A DNA stretch of 64,000 nt from Malacoraja senta. Its lineage: Eukaryota. How positions within the stretch are numbered: position 1 is the stretch's first letter; every line of letters begins with the position of its first letter. Shown piece by piece: positions 49,301 through 62,548 of this stretch. The translations under genes were made by a program, and so were the position numbers. Location: positions 13,144,001 through 13,208,000 of the forward strand of contig CM075989.1 of assembly GCA_038087875.1 (NCBI GenBank). Reading direction: 5' to 3'. Below the pieces are notes generated by a model that saw only the letters and a program-made list of their open reading frames with translations, searched no databases and had not been told where the DNA came from.

Positions 49301-49569
49301 CAAGGTATGGCACCAGAAAAGGGGACCATGTTGCTTACAGTAAATGTGTTTGGAATTTCCTCTAACCTCAGTGGCATTGTCATTCGCTAGTGAACTGAGC
49401 TTTCTGTTCTATTGCAAGATTATTTGTGTACAGGTCGTGTGCAATTTTATTGAGATTAGATCCAAGAAATAACTGACCAGCGTTGTTTGCTTTTTCCAGC
49501 GGATTAAGAAATAATACTTGGGACGCCCATTATAGATGCCGTTTCAGATAATTATTCAGTTTAGTAAGG

Positions 49570-50375
49570 TTGATGATTAACTGTGTGGATGGTTGTCTGA
49601 GGCTATAGGATATCAATTTTGTACAAAATGGCAGATTAAATTTAATCCAGATGAATGTGAAGTGATGCATTTTGCAAGCACTAATTAGGTTAGGACATAC
49701 ACCATGAATGTAGGGTCCTAGGGAGTATTGAGGAACAGAAGAACAACGGTGCACAAGTCCAAAGGTCCTTGAAGGTGATGTCCAATTAGATAACTTGGTT
49801 AAAAAGGTTTATGTATATCAGTCAGGGGATTGAAAACAAGAACAGGAAGGTTATGTTCCAATTTTGTAAAATTATGGTCGAACACCAGCATGCAGTTCTA
49901 CTCACAATAGGGAAACGTGATGACATGGAGAGGTGCAGAAATGCTCCATCTCAGACGGAGAGATGGAGCATTTTAGTTGTGTGGAAAGTAGGAGAGGCTG
50001 GGGCTGTTTTTCCTGGAGTGGAAGAGGTTAAGATGGAACATGACAGGCATATAAAATTGAGGGGTAGAGATAGGGTACCCAGCAGGAGGCTTTACCCCAT
50101 AGCAGAGGTAGATAAAATTAAAGGCTCTATGTTTAGAGGGGATCTGAAGAGGACATTTTTTCATCAGAGTGGATAAGTACGTGGAATGCGCTGCCAGAAA
50201 TAGTGGTTGAACAGAGATAGTCGCTGACAGCATTTAAATGTTTTGATGAGCACTGAATCAGTAACCTGAACCTAGAAGGCTACAGGACAAGTGCAGAAGA
50301 ATTAGATTAATACAGATGGGTCAGCGTGGATGTGGTGGGTTGAATGACCTCTTTCCATGTCGTATGACTCCATGA
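49570..50375 (+). mobile_element. Degenerate CR1 LINE 3' fragment
   Basis: Decayed similarity to the 43088 copy (WQ.KFN..ECEVMHF; FFHQRV..WNALP). Confidence 0.7.
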
Positions 50376-51378
50376 CTATGACAAATATGGGTTATTTCCA
50401 GACACTGAAGAATAGTGATCTTGGGTTGGAAAGATTGAATAGATTTGGCCTTTAGTTTCCCATGTTCAAATGAGATGATTGCACTGAAATGTTTTAAAAA
50501 TTCTGACACTGCTTGACAGGGAGGATGCTTCCTTGGCTGAGAGTTTAGAATCAAAGGTCACATTCTATGTATGATGTAGATGATTTAAGACTGTATTGAG
50601 GAGAGATTTCTTCATACAGTTGAAGCATCTTAAGAATTCTCTATCCCGGAGCGCTGTGGAATTAAGTGATTGAGATTATTGAAAACAGATTTATAGAGCG
50701 AGCCTGAAGAAGGGCCCAAAATGTTTCCTCTCCGTGTTCTTCTGGGATGCTGCCATACATGGCGAACTTCAGTAACTAAGTTACTCCTGCATTTTGTGTC
50801 TTTCCTCGATAAACCAGCATCTGCAGTTCCTTGTATCTAGTTTTATAGTGATTATTAAAAGAATGAAGGGATCTAGGAGTAGTGAAGGAAAATGGAGCAA
50901 AGCAGCCAACAATGCTCAAATGCCTCTTTTATGTTATCAGTTAAATGTCAACTGATTTTTATGATTATTTGCTTGTTTTTTTCTTGCACACAACTGTACA
51001 TTCTACACCCAAAATTCTCAGTAATTTTCCAAATCCTTGGAACTCTTTGGAAAGGTACAATCATAGCTATTTGCTGGTGAAAAATGCATTTGCATTGAAT
51101 TTGTGCGGATTGATCTCTTCCGGGTAAATTTTCCAGAGTGTGAAAAAAGATAAGTGATCTGAAATAAACAGAAAAGTTGTGAAAGAGAATTTGCCAGTAA
51201 TTGAATTGCCTTTATGTGTTTATTGTTATTTTTCAAAAAGTATCCACCATATTTCTGTAAATTCACAGATTGGGAGCAGGACATATTGTGCAGTGTTGTC
51301 ACATTGCTAATTTAATGCTGAGACTTGGGAAGTATTTATCTTCTGAAGTATTTACCTTGGTTTGTTTTATTTTTATAG

Positions 51379-51458
51379 TCCCAAAAATCCTGGATAGAGA
51401 ATACCTTTACCAAGAGAGAATGTGTTTATATAATTCCAAGCTCAAAAGACCCACACAG
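51379..51458 (+). CDS. TRPM7: TRPM7 exon 2 ([27 protein letters not shown])
   Basis: tttatag|TCC...CACAG|gtaaag; 80 nt; near-identical to the TRPM7 N terminus [28 protein letters not shown] and closer to it than to TRPM6; follows SPPL2A in the same orientation as in mammals. Confidence 0.95.
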
Positions 51459-52425
51459 GTAAAGGAACGTAAATTTAATTTGTGATTCTGTTTTCAATGT
51501 ACTTTTTTTTAAATATAGGTGATATTTTTCTTATGTATATATTGCTTACGGGACTGTGGCCAAAACCAGTGATTTTGTGCAGATGAAGGTTCTTGGGTTA
51601 ATTTTAAATATGGTTATGGAATTACACTGATTTAAGCTTCGAGGGGGCTATTGTGATTTGTTATTCTTCTTTGTATCCATTGTCAGATGTTATTCATGAC
51701 CTTGTTCATCAAACTAAGGAACTTTATTATAGTGTTGCAGTTATATAGCACAAAAACAGGTCCAGCAGTTCACAATGCCCTGTGGGCCTTCTCAGCTCAA
51801 CTAATTTCCCAACACCTATTTAAAAGCCTTCTTTGCTAAGGTGTCACTTAGTCGTGAGAGAGTACCTGCTTCTTCAGCCTGTCAATTCTTGATTTCAACT
51901 ACCTTCCAAGTGGAAAAAACGTTGACTATCCTGGATTAATCTCTTCTAAGTGTAGTGTAATCCTGTGCATCAGAATTGTTTTTCAATAATTTCCCTACTC
52001 TTGATGTTTGGCTCACGGGCCTATAATTACGTGGCTGATTCCAACTGCCCCTCTTAAATAAAAGAGGCATCTCTTCTGTGGCCAGAAAGATTTGAAAATT
52101 TTCTTTGAACTCCCAACAAATTCCTTTCTTACCTCCCATTGCAGCCTAGATATTTATCCACCTTTTAAAATATAATTTTTGACCGCATGGATACAATAAA
52201 GACTCAATGAGCAATTGGACATCTCCTGCTGTCTCCATTTCAATGGTAATTTGTTCAAAGGTTCCACTGATCCACTCCTAGAATTCTCTCAAGCTCAAAG
52301 TTCTTCTGCATTGTGAATGGAGATGGCAAGCATTCAATTAAGTCCTTGTGCCCTCGTGAATCGTACTCTTTCTCCAGTTACTCTCATGCTTTAATATTCT
52401 TATAAGAACACATTGGAATTTTCAA

Positions 52426-52550
52426 GTCTGAAGAAGGGTCTCGACCTGAAACGTTGCCTTTTCCTTCGCTCCATAGATGCTGCCTTACCCGCTGAGTTTC
52501 TCCAGCATTTTTGTCTACCTTTGATTTTTCCAGCATCTGCAGTTCCTTCT
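52426..52550 (+). mobile_element. Penelope-derived short repeat with hammerhead core
   Basis: gtctgaagaagggtctcgacctgaaacgttgcc... Confidence 0.7.
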
Positions 52551-53085
52551 TAAACGTTGAGTTACTCCAGCACTTTATGTCTATCTTTGGAATTTTAATT
52601 AGTCTTGTCAGTTGATGTCATTTGATTTGCTTCTGCACTCTCCTAATTATTTTAAGTACCTCCTACACATTCCCTATCCAGTTGGGCTTTGTCGGATTTC
52701 CGTTCTCTAAAACTAACGTAAGCATTCATTTTTTTAGATCCTACCCCTTGTCACTTGACATCCAGGGTACCTTATACTTGTGCTGTTATCCTTCACCATT
52801 ATGGGAACAAGTTGGCCTTGAACTCTCTTTTTCTGGATCCTCACACTGGTCATCCCTAGAGTAAAGAAAGTAGTCACTCCCAGTGCAATTGTTTACCAGG
52901 TTCTATTTTATCAACTTGAAATCAGCCTTCTCACAATTCAGGATCCTAGTTTCTGGTCTATTCTTGTTCTTCATAACAACCATAAAACTTGCTGCTACAA
53001 TCACTATCTCCAAAATATTCTCCGACTGACACTCCCACCACTTGCCCACCAACACTTCCAAAGATTCTGTGTATCCCCCTTCTAT

Positions 53086-53980
53086 AGGGGGGTTGCACGT
53101 AAGGTCACCGGGTCATAGGGCTTGACGCACGGAGCCGCTCAATCCATCTGGAGGACATTCGTCACTTCCGGTATACATTATTAATGCTACAAACGCGTAC
53201 TTTCCTACCTGTTAAAAAACGCCAAAATGTTGACTTTTTTCGCTGTAAAAAATTGTGGAAGTCGGGGTAAGTGTGAGAGACATGCACCCAACTTCAGAAT
53301 ACCAAAAGTGAAGCGAAATGAAGGTAAAGAGAAGCGACAGCTGAAGGGACAACAACAGCTAAAGTGCTTGGCGAACATTGGCCGTGCAGATATCGGAATT
53401 GAAAATATTGGGATTTATCACGTTTGCTCACTGCATTTCATTAACGGTAAGGCATTATTTGTGGTTTTTCTTGATTCCTTTGGTATCTAAAAAGTCTCAG
53501 AAGTGATAAATCTGGTTGTAAATTTTGCTTCAGAGGCGTTTTCTTTTGTATGTAAAAACCCACTTAAACCATGGGCGATTTTAAAATTTTACAGACAGAT
53601 TTATCCCTTCTGAAATTTTTTAGATGCCAAAGGAATAAAGAAAAAACACAAATAATGCCTTGGTTGATGAAATGCAGTGAGCAAACGGCCAATGTTCGCC
53701 ATGCACTTTGGCTGTTGTCCCTTCAGCTCTCGCTTCAATCTAACGTCATTTTTCCTCACTTTTTGAATTTTGAAGTAGGCTAAATGTCTCCCACGCTTAT
53801 CCCGATTTTCCATAATTATTTACAGCGCAAAAATTGACAATTTCGGCGGGTTTTAACGGGCCCGCTACGCTGGAAACAATGGTAAGTACTTACCTGCAGT
53901 TCATCGCGTGTAATCCATTTGGCGTAGCGTAGCAACAGTATGGGTCATGGGTCGTGACCCGACTGCCGTGAAACCTCCCT
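53086..53980 (+). mobile_element. ISL2EU-like non-autonomous element with THAP remnants at both ends
   Basis: TIRs AGGGGGGTTGCACG / AGGGAGGTTTCACG, AT TSD; ORF 53227..53490 NCGSR...FRIPK...HVCSLHF (THAP); inverted diverged copy in ORF 53601..53813. Confidence 0.78.
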
Positions 53981-54871
53981 ATAGTAGGACTATCTATGTA
54001 TTGGCTCAAAAAGCTCTCCCAAGATGCATTTGAAAAAAATCCTGCTCCTTCTAAATCTTTCACACTAAAGTTTCCCAGTTAAATGGGGAAAACTTAGTTC
54101 TTCTATTGATAAAATATTATTTGTACACTTCACATTTAATTTGTCCACATATCTGTTCTATCTCCCACTAGCTGTTGTGTACCTGCAGCAAAGTGATTGC
54201 TCCTTTTGTTGCTAAGTTCCATACATTTAGTCGTATTTGAAGAACTTCCTATAATATGCCCCATCATTAGTACAGTAATAGCCCTTTTGATTTATATTGC
54301 ATTGCAGCTGATTCTTTTGATCGTCATTGTCCTGCCGAAGATTCTATACCTTGTCCTTTAGTATGCCCTTTCCTTGGTTTCAGAATTTCTTGGATAATGA
54401 ATTACTGCACCAAATAATGGAGTTAATTGCCTTTAGTGGGTGCTGATTTATATCATGTTTCCTTGACACTTTAAAAAAGCTGCTTCACATTCTGCTTTGC
54501 ACATCATTTGCAATCAACATTCATCTTTTCCAGAAAGTTCTATTGTAAATTTACTTTTTTCTATTTGACACATTTGTGAAAATGTTGACAATTTTTGAAA
54601 TAATTTGTGATATACTTTATCCAAGGATGTTTCACCAACATGGTGCCAAAATCTTGGAACTAGCCTTTAAGAGCTTAAACAGAATGCCATATATTCCCAA
54701 GCTTGTCTCTGTCAGTGAAGATCATGACTGCTTTATGACTTTATTCAAGACAGTTAGGTATTGTTCTGGGGTCCACAGGAATCAAGCAATATAGGCAGAG
54801 AATTGGAACAGGGTACTGAATTTGGGTGAAGATAGACAGAAATACTGGTATAACAGCAGGACAGACAAACT

Positions 54872-54990
54872 GTCTGAAGAAGGGGCTCGACCCAAAGCGT
54901 CATCCATTCCTTCTCTCCAGAGATGCTGCCTGTCCCACTGAGTCCCACAGCATTTTGTGCCTATTTTCGATGCAGTTCCTTCCGACACAC
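54872..54990 (+). mobile_element. Penelope-derived short repeat
   Basis: gtctgaagaaggggctcgacccaaagcgtcatcc...gatgctgcc. Confidence 0.6.
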
Positions 54991-55139
54991 TGAATTTGGG
55001 TGATAGCCATAATTATATTGAAAGGCAGAGTGGTCTAATAATTATATTGAAAGGACTGAATGGTCTAATTCTACTTCTATTATCTGGTTTTATTTCTACT
55101 CATCTATGTTGTACTAAATATCTTTATATCCTTCTCATA

Positions 55140-55965
55140 AAGTCATAGAGTCGTTACAGAGGGCAATCAGACCCTTCCATGCTAAACCCATCTGCCTGTG
55201 TTTGGCTCATATCCTTCTAAACCTTTCCTACCCTTGCACCTGTCCAAATGTCTTTTAAATGTTGTGATAGTACCTGCCTCCTCTATCAGCTCGTTCCATA
55301 TACCCACCACCCTTTGTGTGAAAAAGGTGCCCCTCAGGTTCCTATTAAATCTTTCCTCTCTCATCATAAACCTTTGTCCTCTGGTTCCTGATTCCCCAAC
55401 TTGGGATAAAAGGCTCTGCATTTACACTACCTATTCCCCTCATGATCTTATACATCTCTATACAAGCACTTCTCATCCTACTGTGCTCCAAGGAATAAAG
55501 TCCTGACATGCTCAACTTCTCCCTATAGCTCATGCCTTCGAGTCCTGGCAAAATCTTCATATACCTTCACTGTACCCTCTGCAGCTTAACAACATCTTTC
55601 CAATAACCATTTGTTGGCAGGAGAAAGTGGTGGTGACCAAAATTGAATACAATACGCCAAATGTGGCCTCACCAATGTCTTATACAACGGTAACATAACA
55701 TTCCAACTTCTATACTCAATATTCTGACTGATGAAGGTCAATGTGTCAAAAGCCTTCTTGACCACCCTTTCTACCTGTGACATCGCTTTCAAGAAACTAT
55801 GTGCTTGCACTCCTAGATTCCTCTGCTGTACAACACTCCCCAGAGCCCTACCATTCATTGTGAAGTTCCTGTCCTGGTTTGACTTCCCAAAATGCAAAAT
55901 ATCACACTTCCTTGTATGAAACTCCATTAACAATTCCACAGCCCACCTGTTCAACTGATCAAGAT
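55140..55965 (-). mobile_element. CR1 LINE 3' fragment
   Basis: ORFs 55586..55954, 55345..55560, 55182..55421: KCDILHFGK, LYKTLVRPHLAYCIQFWSP, FFTQRVVGIWNEL. Confidence 0.9.
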
Positions 55966-56145
55966 CTGCCGCTTAAATTCTTCTTCCCGTTCTTCACTCT
56001 GATCTTTGTCTTTGACATCTTGCACAGTTTCCACAGAGCCGAGTGAAAACTCGAGGAACATCAACTCATGTTCCATTTAGGCACGCTGCCGTACTTGAAA
56101 CTCAATATTGAAATCACCAGTTTTATAAAGGGTATATGTCCAATC

Positions 56146-56345
56146 NNNNNNNNNNNNNNNNNNNNNNNNNNNNNNNNNNNNNNNNNNNNNNNNNNNNNNN
56201 NNNNNNNNNNNNNNNNNNNNNNNNNNNNNNNNNNNNNNNNNNNNNNNNNNNNNNNNNNNNNNNNNNNNNNNNNNNNNNNNNNNNNNNNNNNNNNNNNNNN
56301 NNNNNNNNNNNNNNNNNNNNNNNNNNNNNNNNNNNNNNNNNNNNN
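56146..56345. other. Assembly gap (exactly 200 N)
   Basis: Round-number N run, typical of a scaffolding join of unknown size. Confidence 0.99.
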
Positions 56346-56520
56346 GTTCATTGGCTATATTTAAGAGGGAGTTAGATGTGGCCCTTGTGGCTAAAGGGAT
56401 CAGGGGGTATGGAGAGAAGGCAGGTACGGGATACTGAGTTGGATGATCAGCCATGATCATATTGAATGGCGGTGCAGGCTCGAAGGGCCGAATGGCCTAC
56501 TCCTGCACCTATTTCTATGT
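56346..56520 (+). mobile_element. CR1 LINE 3' tail abutting the gap
   Basis: gatcagccatgatcatattgaatggcggtgcaggctcgaagggccgaatggcctactcctgc. Confidence 0.8.
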
Positions 56521-57422
56521 ATCTATCCATGTAGGATAGGCCATTCAGCCCCTCAAGCCTGTTCCTCTTCAACATTTTGGCCAATCTTCTAATCAGCTCT
56601 ACCCTGATCTTCACTCTCACCCTCGGATGAGGAGAACCAAAGATTTACAAACTGTGGAGAAAGTTCTGATCTGAAAGTCACAGCAGTCTGTTTCTGGAAG
56701 GTGGAGGTGGGCTTTGCTGAGCTTTGCCATCTAAGGTTGGGATGGACATTGTGTGAGTTGCATAATGGAGGTGATTTTTCTGTTCCCATTGCACTAAAGG
56801 TCGCCATTGTTCATTCACTCTGTGCGCCCATCAGCTTCATTGTGATTTTACTTTCCTTGCATGGGCGACATCACAGTGCAGTATAATTCTACTTTCAGTA
56901 AACGTGGCCATTGCCACAGGGTTTGCTGGGACTGTGAGGAATCTAGAGTCCAATCCCACCCTCTACCCAGGATCTCGACCCCAATTATCCTGTCTGTCTG
57001 CTCCTGACTTAAACTGACCATCTGGCTTTGCTGGTCCGTGCAGCTCGTGAGCTGCCAGCCACTGTTGCATCTCTTGAACCGTCCCATCAATGCAAACTCG
57101 GCAGCGGCCCTGAGCTTTGCCCAGCCAGACGTTGCTCTTGCGGCTTTTTGCTCCGTGATGGGGACTGACTGATGGCTCATTGCAGCGATGAGGACAAAGT
57201 CCTGCCGGACTCTCTATTCTAATCCAAGGGTGCTCTGCATCGTCACATACTCGTCCTTCCCACATAATGCCAAACGCAGGCACTGCCTGCTCTCTCCCAG
57301 GTCAATGCCAGTGCTTCGTTCTCAAGGAGAACTATTCCTCTCATCCTGGTTAATATTTCACAAACTGAACATCTGTAAAGCAGACAATTTCTCACTTTGT
57401 ACATTTCAAACATGCGTCGTGA

Positions 57423-57689
<267 letters not shown>

Positions 57690-57869
57690 TAAGGGCCTTT
57701 CTCTTTGCTTCCTCTTTCACGTTGGCTTTGAGGGAGGAATGATGAGTGCAGTTGCATGTGCATCTGTCTGTAAGGTCCACCAGAAGGGAGGGAGGGAGTG
57801 TGTCCTCCAGCAGTGAAGACATGGAGCATTCTGCATTCAGTTAGCATGCACGCCTGTTACTGAGCAAAT

Positions 57870-58097
57870 CGGTTTTAGTTTTTTTCGTTTTAGAGATACA
57901 GCATGGAAACAGGCTCTTCAGCCCAGCAAGTCCGTGCCGACCAATGATCACCCGTATCCAAGTTCTATGTTGTCCCACTTGTACACCCTACACACTAGGA
58001 GCAATTTACAGAAGCAAATTAACCTACAAACCAGCACGTCCTTGGAGTGTGGGAGGAAATACCCGGAGAAAACCTACACGACCACGGGGAGAACATA
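57870..58097 (-). mobile_element. V-SINE, 5'-truncated
   Basis: ttagagatacagcatggaaacagg...ggagtgtgggagg. Confidence 0.75.
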
Positions 58098-58359
58098 CAA
58101 TGGGTTTGCTGTGTAGCTTGGTTGTTGGTTCGATGGGTGGGTGTTGCAGTGATCCCAAGTCCCAGCCTCGGGAGGGTCGCATGTTGGCGGAGGGGGGGGG
58201 GGGGGGGGTATGGGCTGGGAGCGTCCTGAGTGATCAGTACCAAAGCCTGAGATATGTTTAGGTATTAAAACTGAGCTCAGCCCTGGCACAGAGTGGGGTG
58301 TGGTAGGCAGGGAGAGTGATAATGATCCCCAGGATGAGGGGAACATCACTGCCTGGGCT

Positions 58360-58860
58360 GCGGTCACAGTTCCCCAGGGTCTGTGGGAAGAGTGTAGAGT
58401 TCTCACTCCCCCCTCTGAGGTCTGGGGTAGAGTTACGCCCCCCCCCTGGGTATCTGGGTTAGAGTTCCATATTCCCGGAAGTCTGGGTACTGTTCCTCTG
58501 GGTCTGCTGCAGGGTTTCCCCTGGGTCTGGTGAACATTACTGTCTGGGCTGTCGTCACAGATCCACTCTGTCTGGGTTCTGAGGGAGAGTTTCCTGGAGG
58601 TCTGATGCAGGGTTTCCCTGGGGTCTGGAACAATGTCCACCAGGGATCTGGGGTACGGTTCCCCTGGGTCTGGTGCAGAGTATCCCTTGGGTCTGGTGAA
58701 CGTCACTGTCTGTGCTATGGTCATAGTTACACTCGGTCTGAGGCCCTAGAGTCTGGGGAAGAGTCCGATAGAGGTCCGAAGCAGGGTCTCCCCGGGGGTC
58801 TGGTGCAGGCTTTCCCCTGGGTTTTGTGAACTGCACTGTCTCAGCCGTGGTCACAGGCCT
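58360..58860. repeat. Degenerate minisatellite (ccctggg-tctgg motif)
   Basis: Recurring tttcccctgggtctggtg(a/c) and ctgtctgggct...gtcacag units. Confidence 0.6.
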
Positions 58861-59563
58861 TGTGCTCTTGTCAGTGGCCGTGGTAGTGGAATGGAGTGGT
58901 CTGGGTATCGATTCCACATAGACTGTCTGCCTGGATCACAGCTGTATGTTCTAATTAAAGTCAGCAACAACTCACCAGGAAGCAGTCAGTGGAATTAGGT
59001 GTCTCTGAGTTATTGCAACGTAGATAGAAACCAAGTAATGAATTACAAGCTGTGGTTAAAGAATGTGAGAAATGTTCAGGCGATCCTGTGTCACGTAGGA
59101 AGTGTCCTTGGGGAGAGTTTAAACCAGTTTCAGGGTAGAATCAGAAGGGAGAAAGGCCAGACCTGGAGTAGGTGGGTTCCCATGGCGCGTGTCTTGAGGA
59201 AGGCAGAGAGGAAGCCTGTGATAGGAAAGGGCAGAGTGTACAAACAGAAGACCACAACAGCAAACAGACTCAGAGAAAGCAAACATGAAAAGATAAAATT
59301 GAAAGCACACAGTATTTCTATTTAGGTAGATGAGATGATGGCACAAATATAATTAAATGGGTTTTATGGCAGCTGTTGCAAGATGACCAAGGCTGGGAAC
59401 TGAATATTTAGGTTATTTGACATTTCGAGGTGGACTGGAAAAGGGTCTGATAACAAAAGGGTGACCTCGGGTAGTGCTGTGCAATGAAGCGGGCTCACAA
59501 GCTCAAGATGTGGGATCAGCCTGGATAAGAAGTCTTTGGTGGGAGTTTTATGCAGGACCACTC

Positions 59564-59700
59564 CTTCTTCTTCTTGCGTATGGCGTGCACAGCCTAAAGT
59601 TGTAGGTCAACTTGTTCTATTTGATCTTGTTTGTGCACGTCGGGCTGATTGCATTGGTCGAAACAGGGTGGACCACGTGACGGTTGCAATCTCCCACCCC
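59564..59700 (-). mobile_element. ~135-bp SINE-like retroposon with (GAA)n tail, copy 3
   Basis: TSD caggaccact at 59553-59562 and 59702-59711. Confidence 0.8.
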
Positions 59701-60057
59701 ACAGGACCACTAACAATAGCTGTACTGCAGGACTGAGTGAAAGTTGAGAAAAGTATGTCCTGCAATATCATGGGCGAGTGCTTAAGAGCAGGGGCAAACA
59801 TTTTACACATCTCGGGAAAGATATGTTCCATTGAGAAGGAGGAAGGTGGACCCCCTGTGGCTGACTGAGGAAGTTATGGTGGCATCGAAATAAAATCAAA
59901 GGCACACAATGTTGGGAAGATCAGAGGTGGGTCATAGGATGGGAGAATATTTAGTCACACACAAATGGTGACTAAAAATATATAAAGAGAGAAAAGAAAG
60001 ATAATGAAAATAATCCAGTGAATAATATAAATAAGGAGAGAAATGGAAGAGATTCTT

Positions 60058-60192
60058 GTGTTTAAGAAGGAACTGCAGATGCTGGAAAATCGAAGGTAGA
60101 CAAAAATGCTGGAGAAACTCAGCGGGTGCAGCAGCATCTATGGAGCGAAGGAAATAGGCAACGTTTCGGGCCGAAAACCCTTCCTCAGACTG
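60058..60192 (-). mobile_element. Penelope-derived short repeat
   Basis: Reverse complement gtctgaggaagggttttcggcccgaaacgttgcc... Confidence 0.7.
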
Positions 60193-60329
60193 AAGTCAAG
60201 GGATATGGGGAGAAGGCAGGAACGGGGTATTGATTGTGGATGATCAGCCATCTGACACGAAGGGCCGAATGGCCTACTCCTGCACCTATTGTCTATTGTT
60301 TATTGTCTATGACTGATTTTATACTAAAA

Positions 60330-61140
60330 ATATCCCAATAATTACCCACTTTGGGAGGAAGAATGAAAATACAAAATTAATATTTAAGTGCAGTGAGACT
60401 ATTTTAGTGCAAGGGGACCTGGAGTCCTGGTGTATGACATTCGGTAAGATGTAGCAAGTAATTAGGAAAGTTAATAAAATATTGGCCCTTATTGCAAGGG
60501 GCATTGAATGTAGGATTGGGATGTTTTGATGCAACATTACAAAGTGTTGGTGAGGCGACAGTTCTACTGTGTAGGGTTTTGGTCAGCATATTTAAAGAAC
60601 GATGTGCTGGAGGTGGGTAAGGAAGGTTCACAGGACTGTTTCCTGGGAGAAAGGGGTTGACACACCAAGAATATATGAAAAGGAAGAGAGAGAATAATAT
60701 AAATGTTGGTACTTTGGGTTGACACACAAAGGAAGGAAGAGCCGGCTGGGTCTGGACTCACTGGAGTGAGTTCAGGACGTTAAGAGGTGAGGTTCTGAAA
60801 GGTAACATTCAGAGGGCAATGACAGCGTGCACCCTCAGTGTTTTCTCTAGGAACTGTATCCAGTTCTAGGGACATAGTTTCAAAAATAAAAGTTGTCCAT
60901 TTAACAGTTGAAGAGGATTGTTTTTCCCTTTGATTGCCACGAATCTTTGAAGCCCTCTCCCCCAAAGAACTGTCAAAGCAGGGCCATTGAATAAATACAG
61001 GAAAAGACTGACACACATTTAAACTGCAAGGGAGATGGTTTGATAAAGTGGTGTTGAGCCCAAGATTGGATCAGCCATGATCTTCTGAATGATGGAACAG
61101 GCTTGAGAGAAGATGAACAACTCCTGTTCGTGTTTCTTAT
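60330..61140 (+). mobile_element. Degenerate CR1 LINE 3' fragment
   Basis: Decayed RDLGVLV, LAxIARGIE, LVR...YCVxFW motifs and gatcagccatgatc tail. Confidence 0.6.
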
Positions 61141-61263
61141 GTTCGAGATGTAGACCTAACGTGCATCATAAACCAAACTAGTGTTAAAGTACCTTTACGT
61201 GTTGGTGGAATATGTGTCACTGTATCACAATGAGAGTTCTAACTGTGTGGTTTCTGTTTGCAG

Positions 61264-61321
61264 GGGATTGTGGGGAGGTCCTGCCCCTTTGAGAAAGCTG
61301 ATGCACCTTGGCACCAAGTAG
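61264..61321 (+). CDS. SQOR: SQOR terminal coding exon (GLWGGPAPLRKLMHLGTK*)
   Basis: tttgcag|G, phase 2 matches the preceding exon; matches the SQOR C terminus GYWGGPAFLRKLFHLGMS; TAG at 61319-61321. Confidence 0.94.
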
Positions 61322-61459
61322 AAGATATATGGTGAATGGACTCACCCACTGATACTGGGGTTTTGCACCATTGACACCATCATTAACATCAGCATTTCAT
61401 ACTCAGTTTGTGAATAGCCGGATCTAATCTTACCCCTAGTCTGGTTCAGTAAAAGAAAC

Positions 61460-61691
61460 TGTGGAACACTGAAGTCCAAACCCTTCTTTATTTGTATACA
61501 CTGCAGGGACGGTCTCGGGTCCACTCGCGCAAGCCCACAATAGCCTCGTGCAAACAGAACAGAAGGAAGACAACCAACACACCCAAACGAATTACATACA
61601 CTTTTATACCCCTAAACGAAGGCGGGGACATCATAACTGGTTTCATCATTGGTTATGCATCATAACCAATCGCTCAAAACAATTTGTCACA
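61460..61691 (-). mobile_element. Probable solo LTR
   Basis: TGT...ACA ends; on the minus strand CCAAT, GC box, TATAAAA, then AATAAA ~27 nt from the end; TSD not clean. Confidence 0.45.
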
Positions 61692-62078
61692 ACAGACATA
61701 AGTGCCCCTGGTTAGTTGACATTGAGGCATGTAGCCTTGCTCTTCTAGGATACTAGTATGTGTAGGAAAGAATTGTGGATGCTGGTTTAAACTGAAGATA
61801 GACATAAAATGCTGGAGTAACTCAACGGGACAGGCAGTATCTCTAGAGAGAAGGAATGGGACAAAGGGAAAGGAGATCAAGAAAAATGTAGTACTCCCCC
61901 CTTCCCAGTTCTCCCACCAGTCCTACTTTCTCTGACTACAGTTTATCTGTTTCCTATGTTGTTACCTTCTTCCAGCTAACAATGATCTATTTTACATTTC
62001 CCTTGATCCCCATTCCCTTTCTCCTGTTTGCACACCTTACACTTCCTTATCTATGTATCTCCCTCTCCCGTGACTTCA

Positions 62079-62172
62079 GTCTGAAGAAGGGTCTCAACCC
62101 GAAAGGTCACCCATTCCTTCTCTCCAGAGATGCTGCCTCTCCTGCTGAGTTGCTCCAGCATTTTGTGTCTAT
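62079..62172 (+). mobile_element. Penelope-derived short repeat
   Basis: gtctgaagaagggtctcaacccgaaaggtcacc... Confidence 0.65.
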
Positions 62173-62548
62173 TTATGGATAGTATGGATATTCTTTTAAA
62201 GCAGATGGGGACTTCAGAGTTTAGTAATGAGAGGCTAAAGTCTGTGAAAACTTCAGCCTGCTATTCTGGGCATGTTTTGAGCATGTGGCCAGATACCCTC
62301 TAAGAGTCGGATACTTTCCAAGGGTACACCCTTGTGATGGATCTTCTGACATTGGTGACTGAGATCACATTGTCAACAGGGAATGTGGTGGGAAACGCTC
62401 AGGCAGGTAGGCAGTAGCCATGGAGAAATAGTTAATTTGTAGGTAATAGTCATGGTGTGCGTGGTACAGCTTAGAAACGGGCCCTTTGGCCCACCACATC
62501 CATGCCAACCTTTTTGCCCATCCACACTAATCCAATTCGCCTGCAGAA

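Noticed and set aside
51459-56145. TRPM7 exon 3 (CLPGCQICQQLV)
   Set aside because: Looked for by eye before the gap and not found
56061-56460. ORFs containing X runs
   Set aside because: Artefacts of translating the N gap
58074-58917. 216-aa and 120-aa minus-strand ORFs
   Set aside because: Arise from a degenerate GC-rich minisatellite in the SQOR intron
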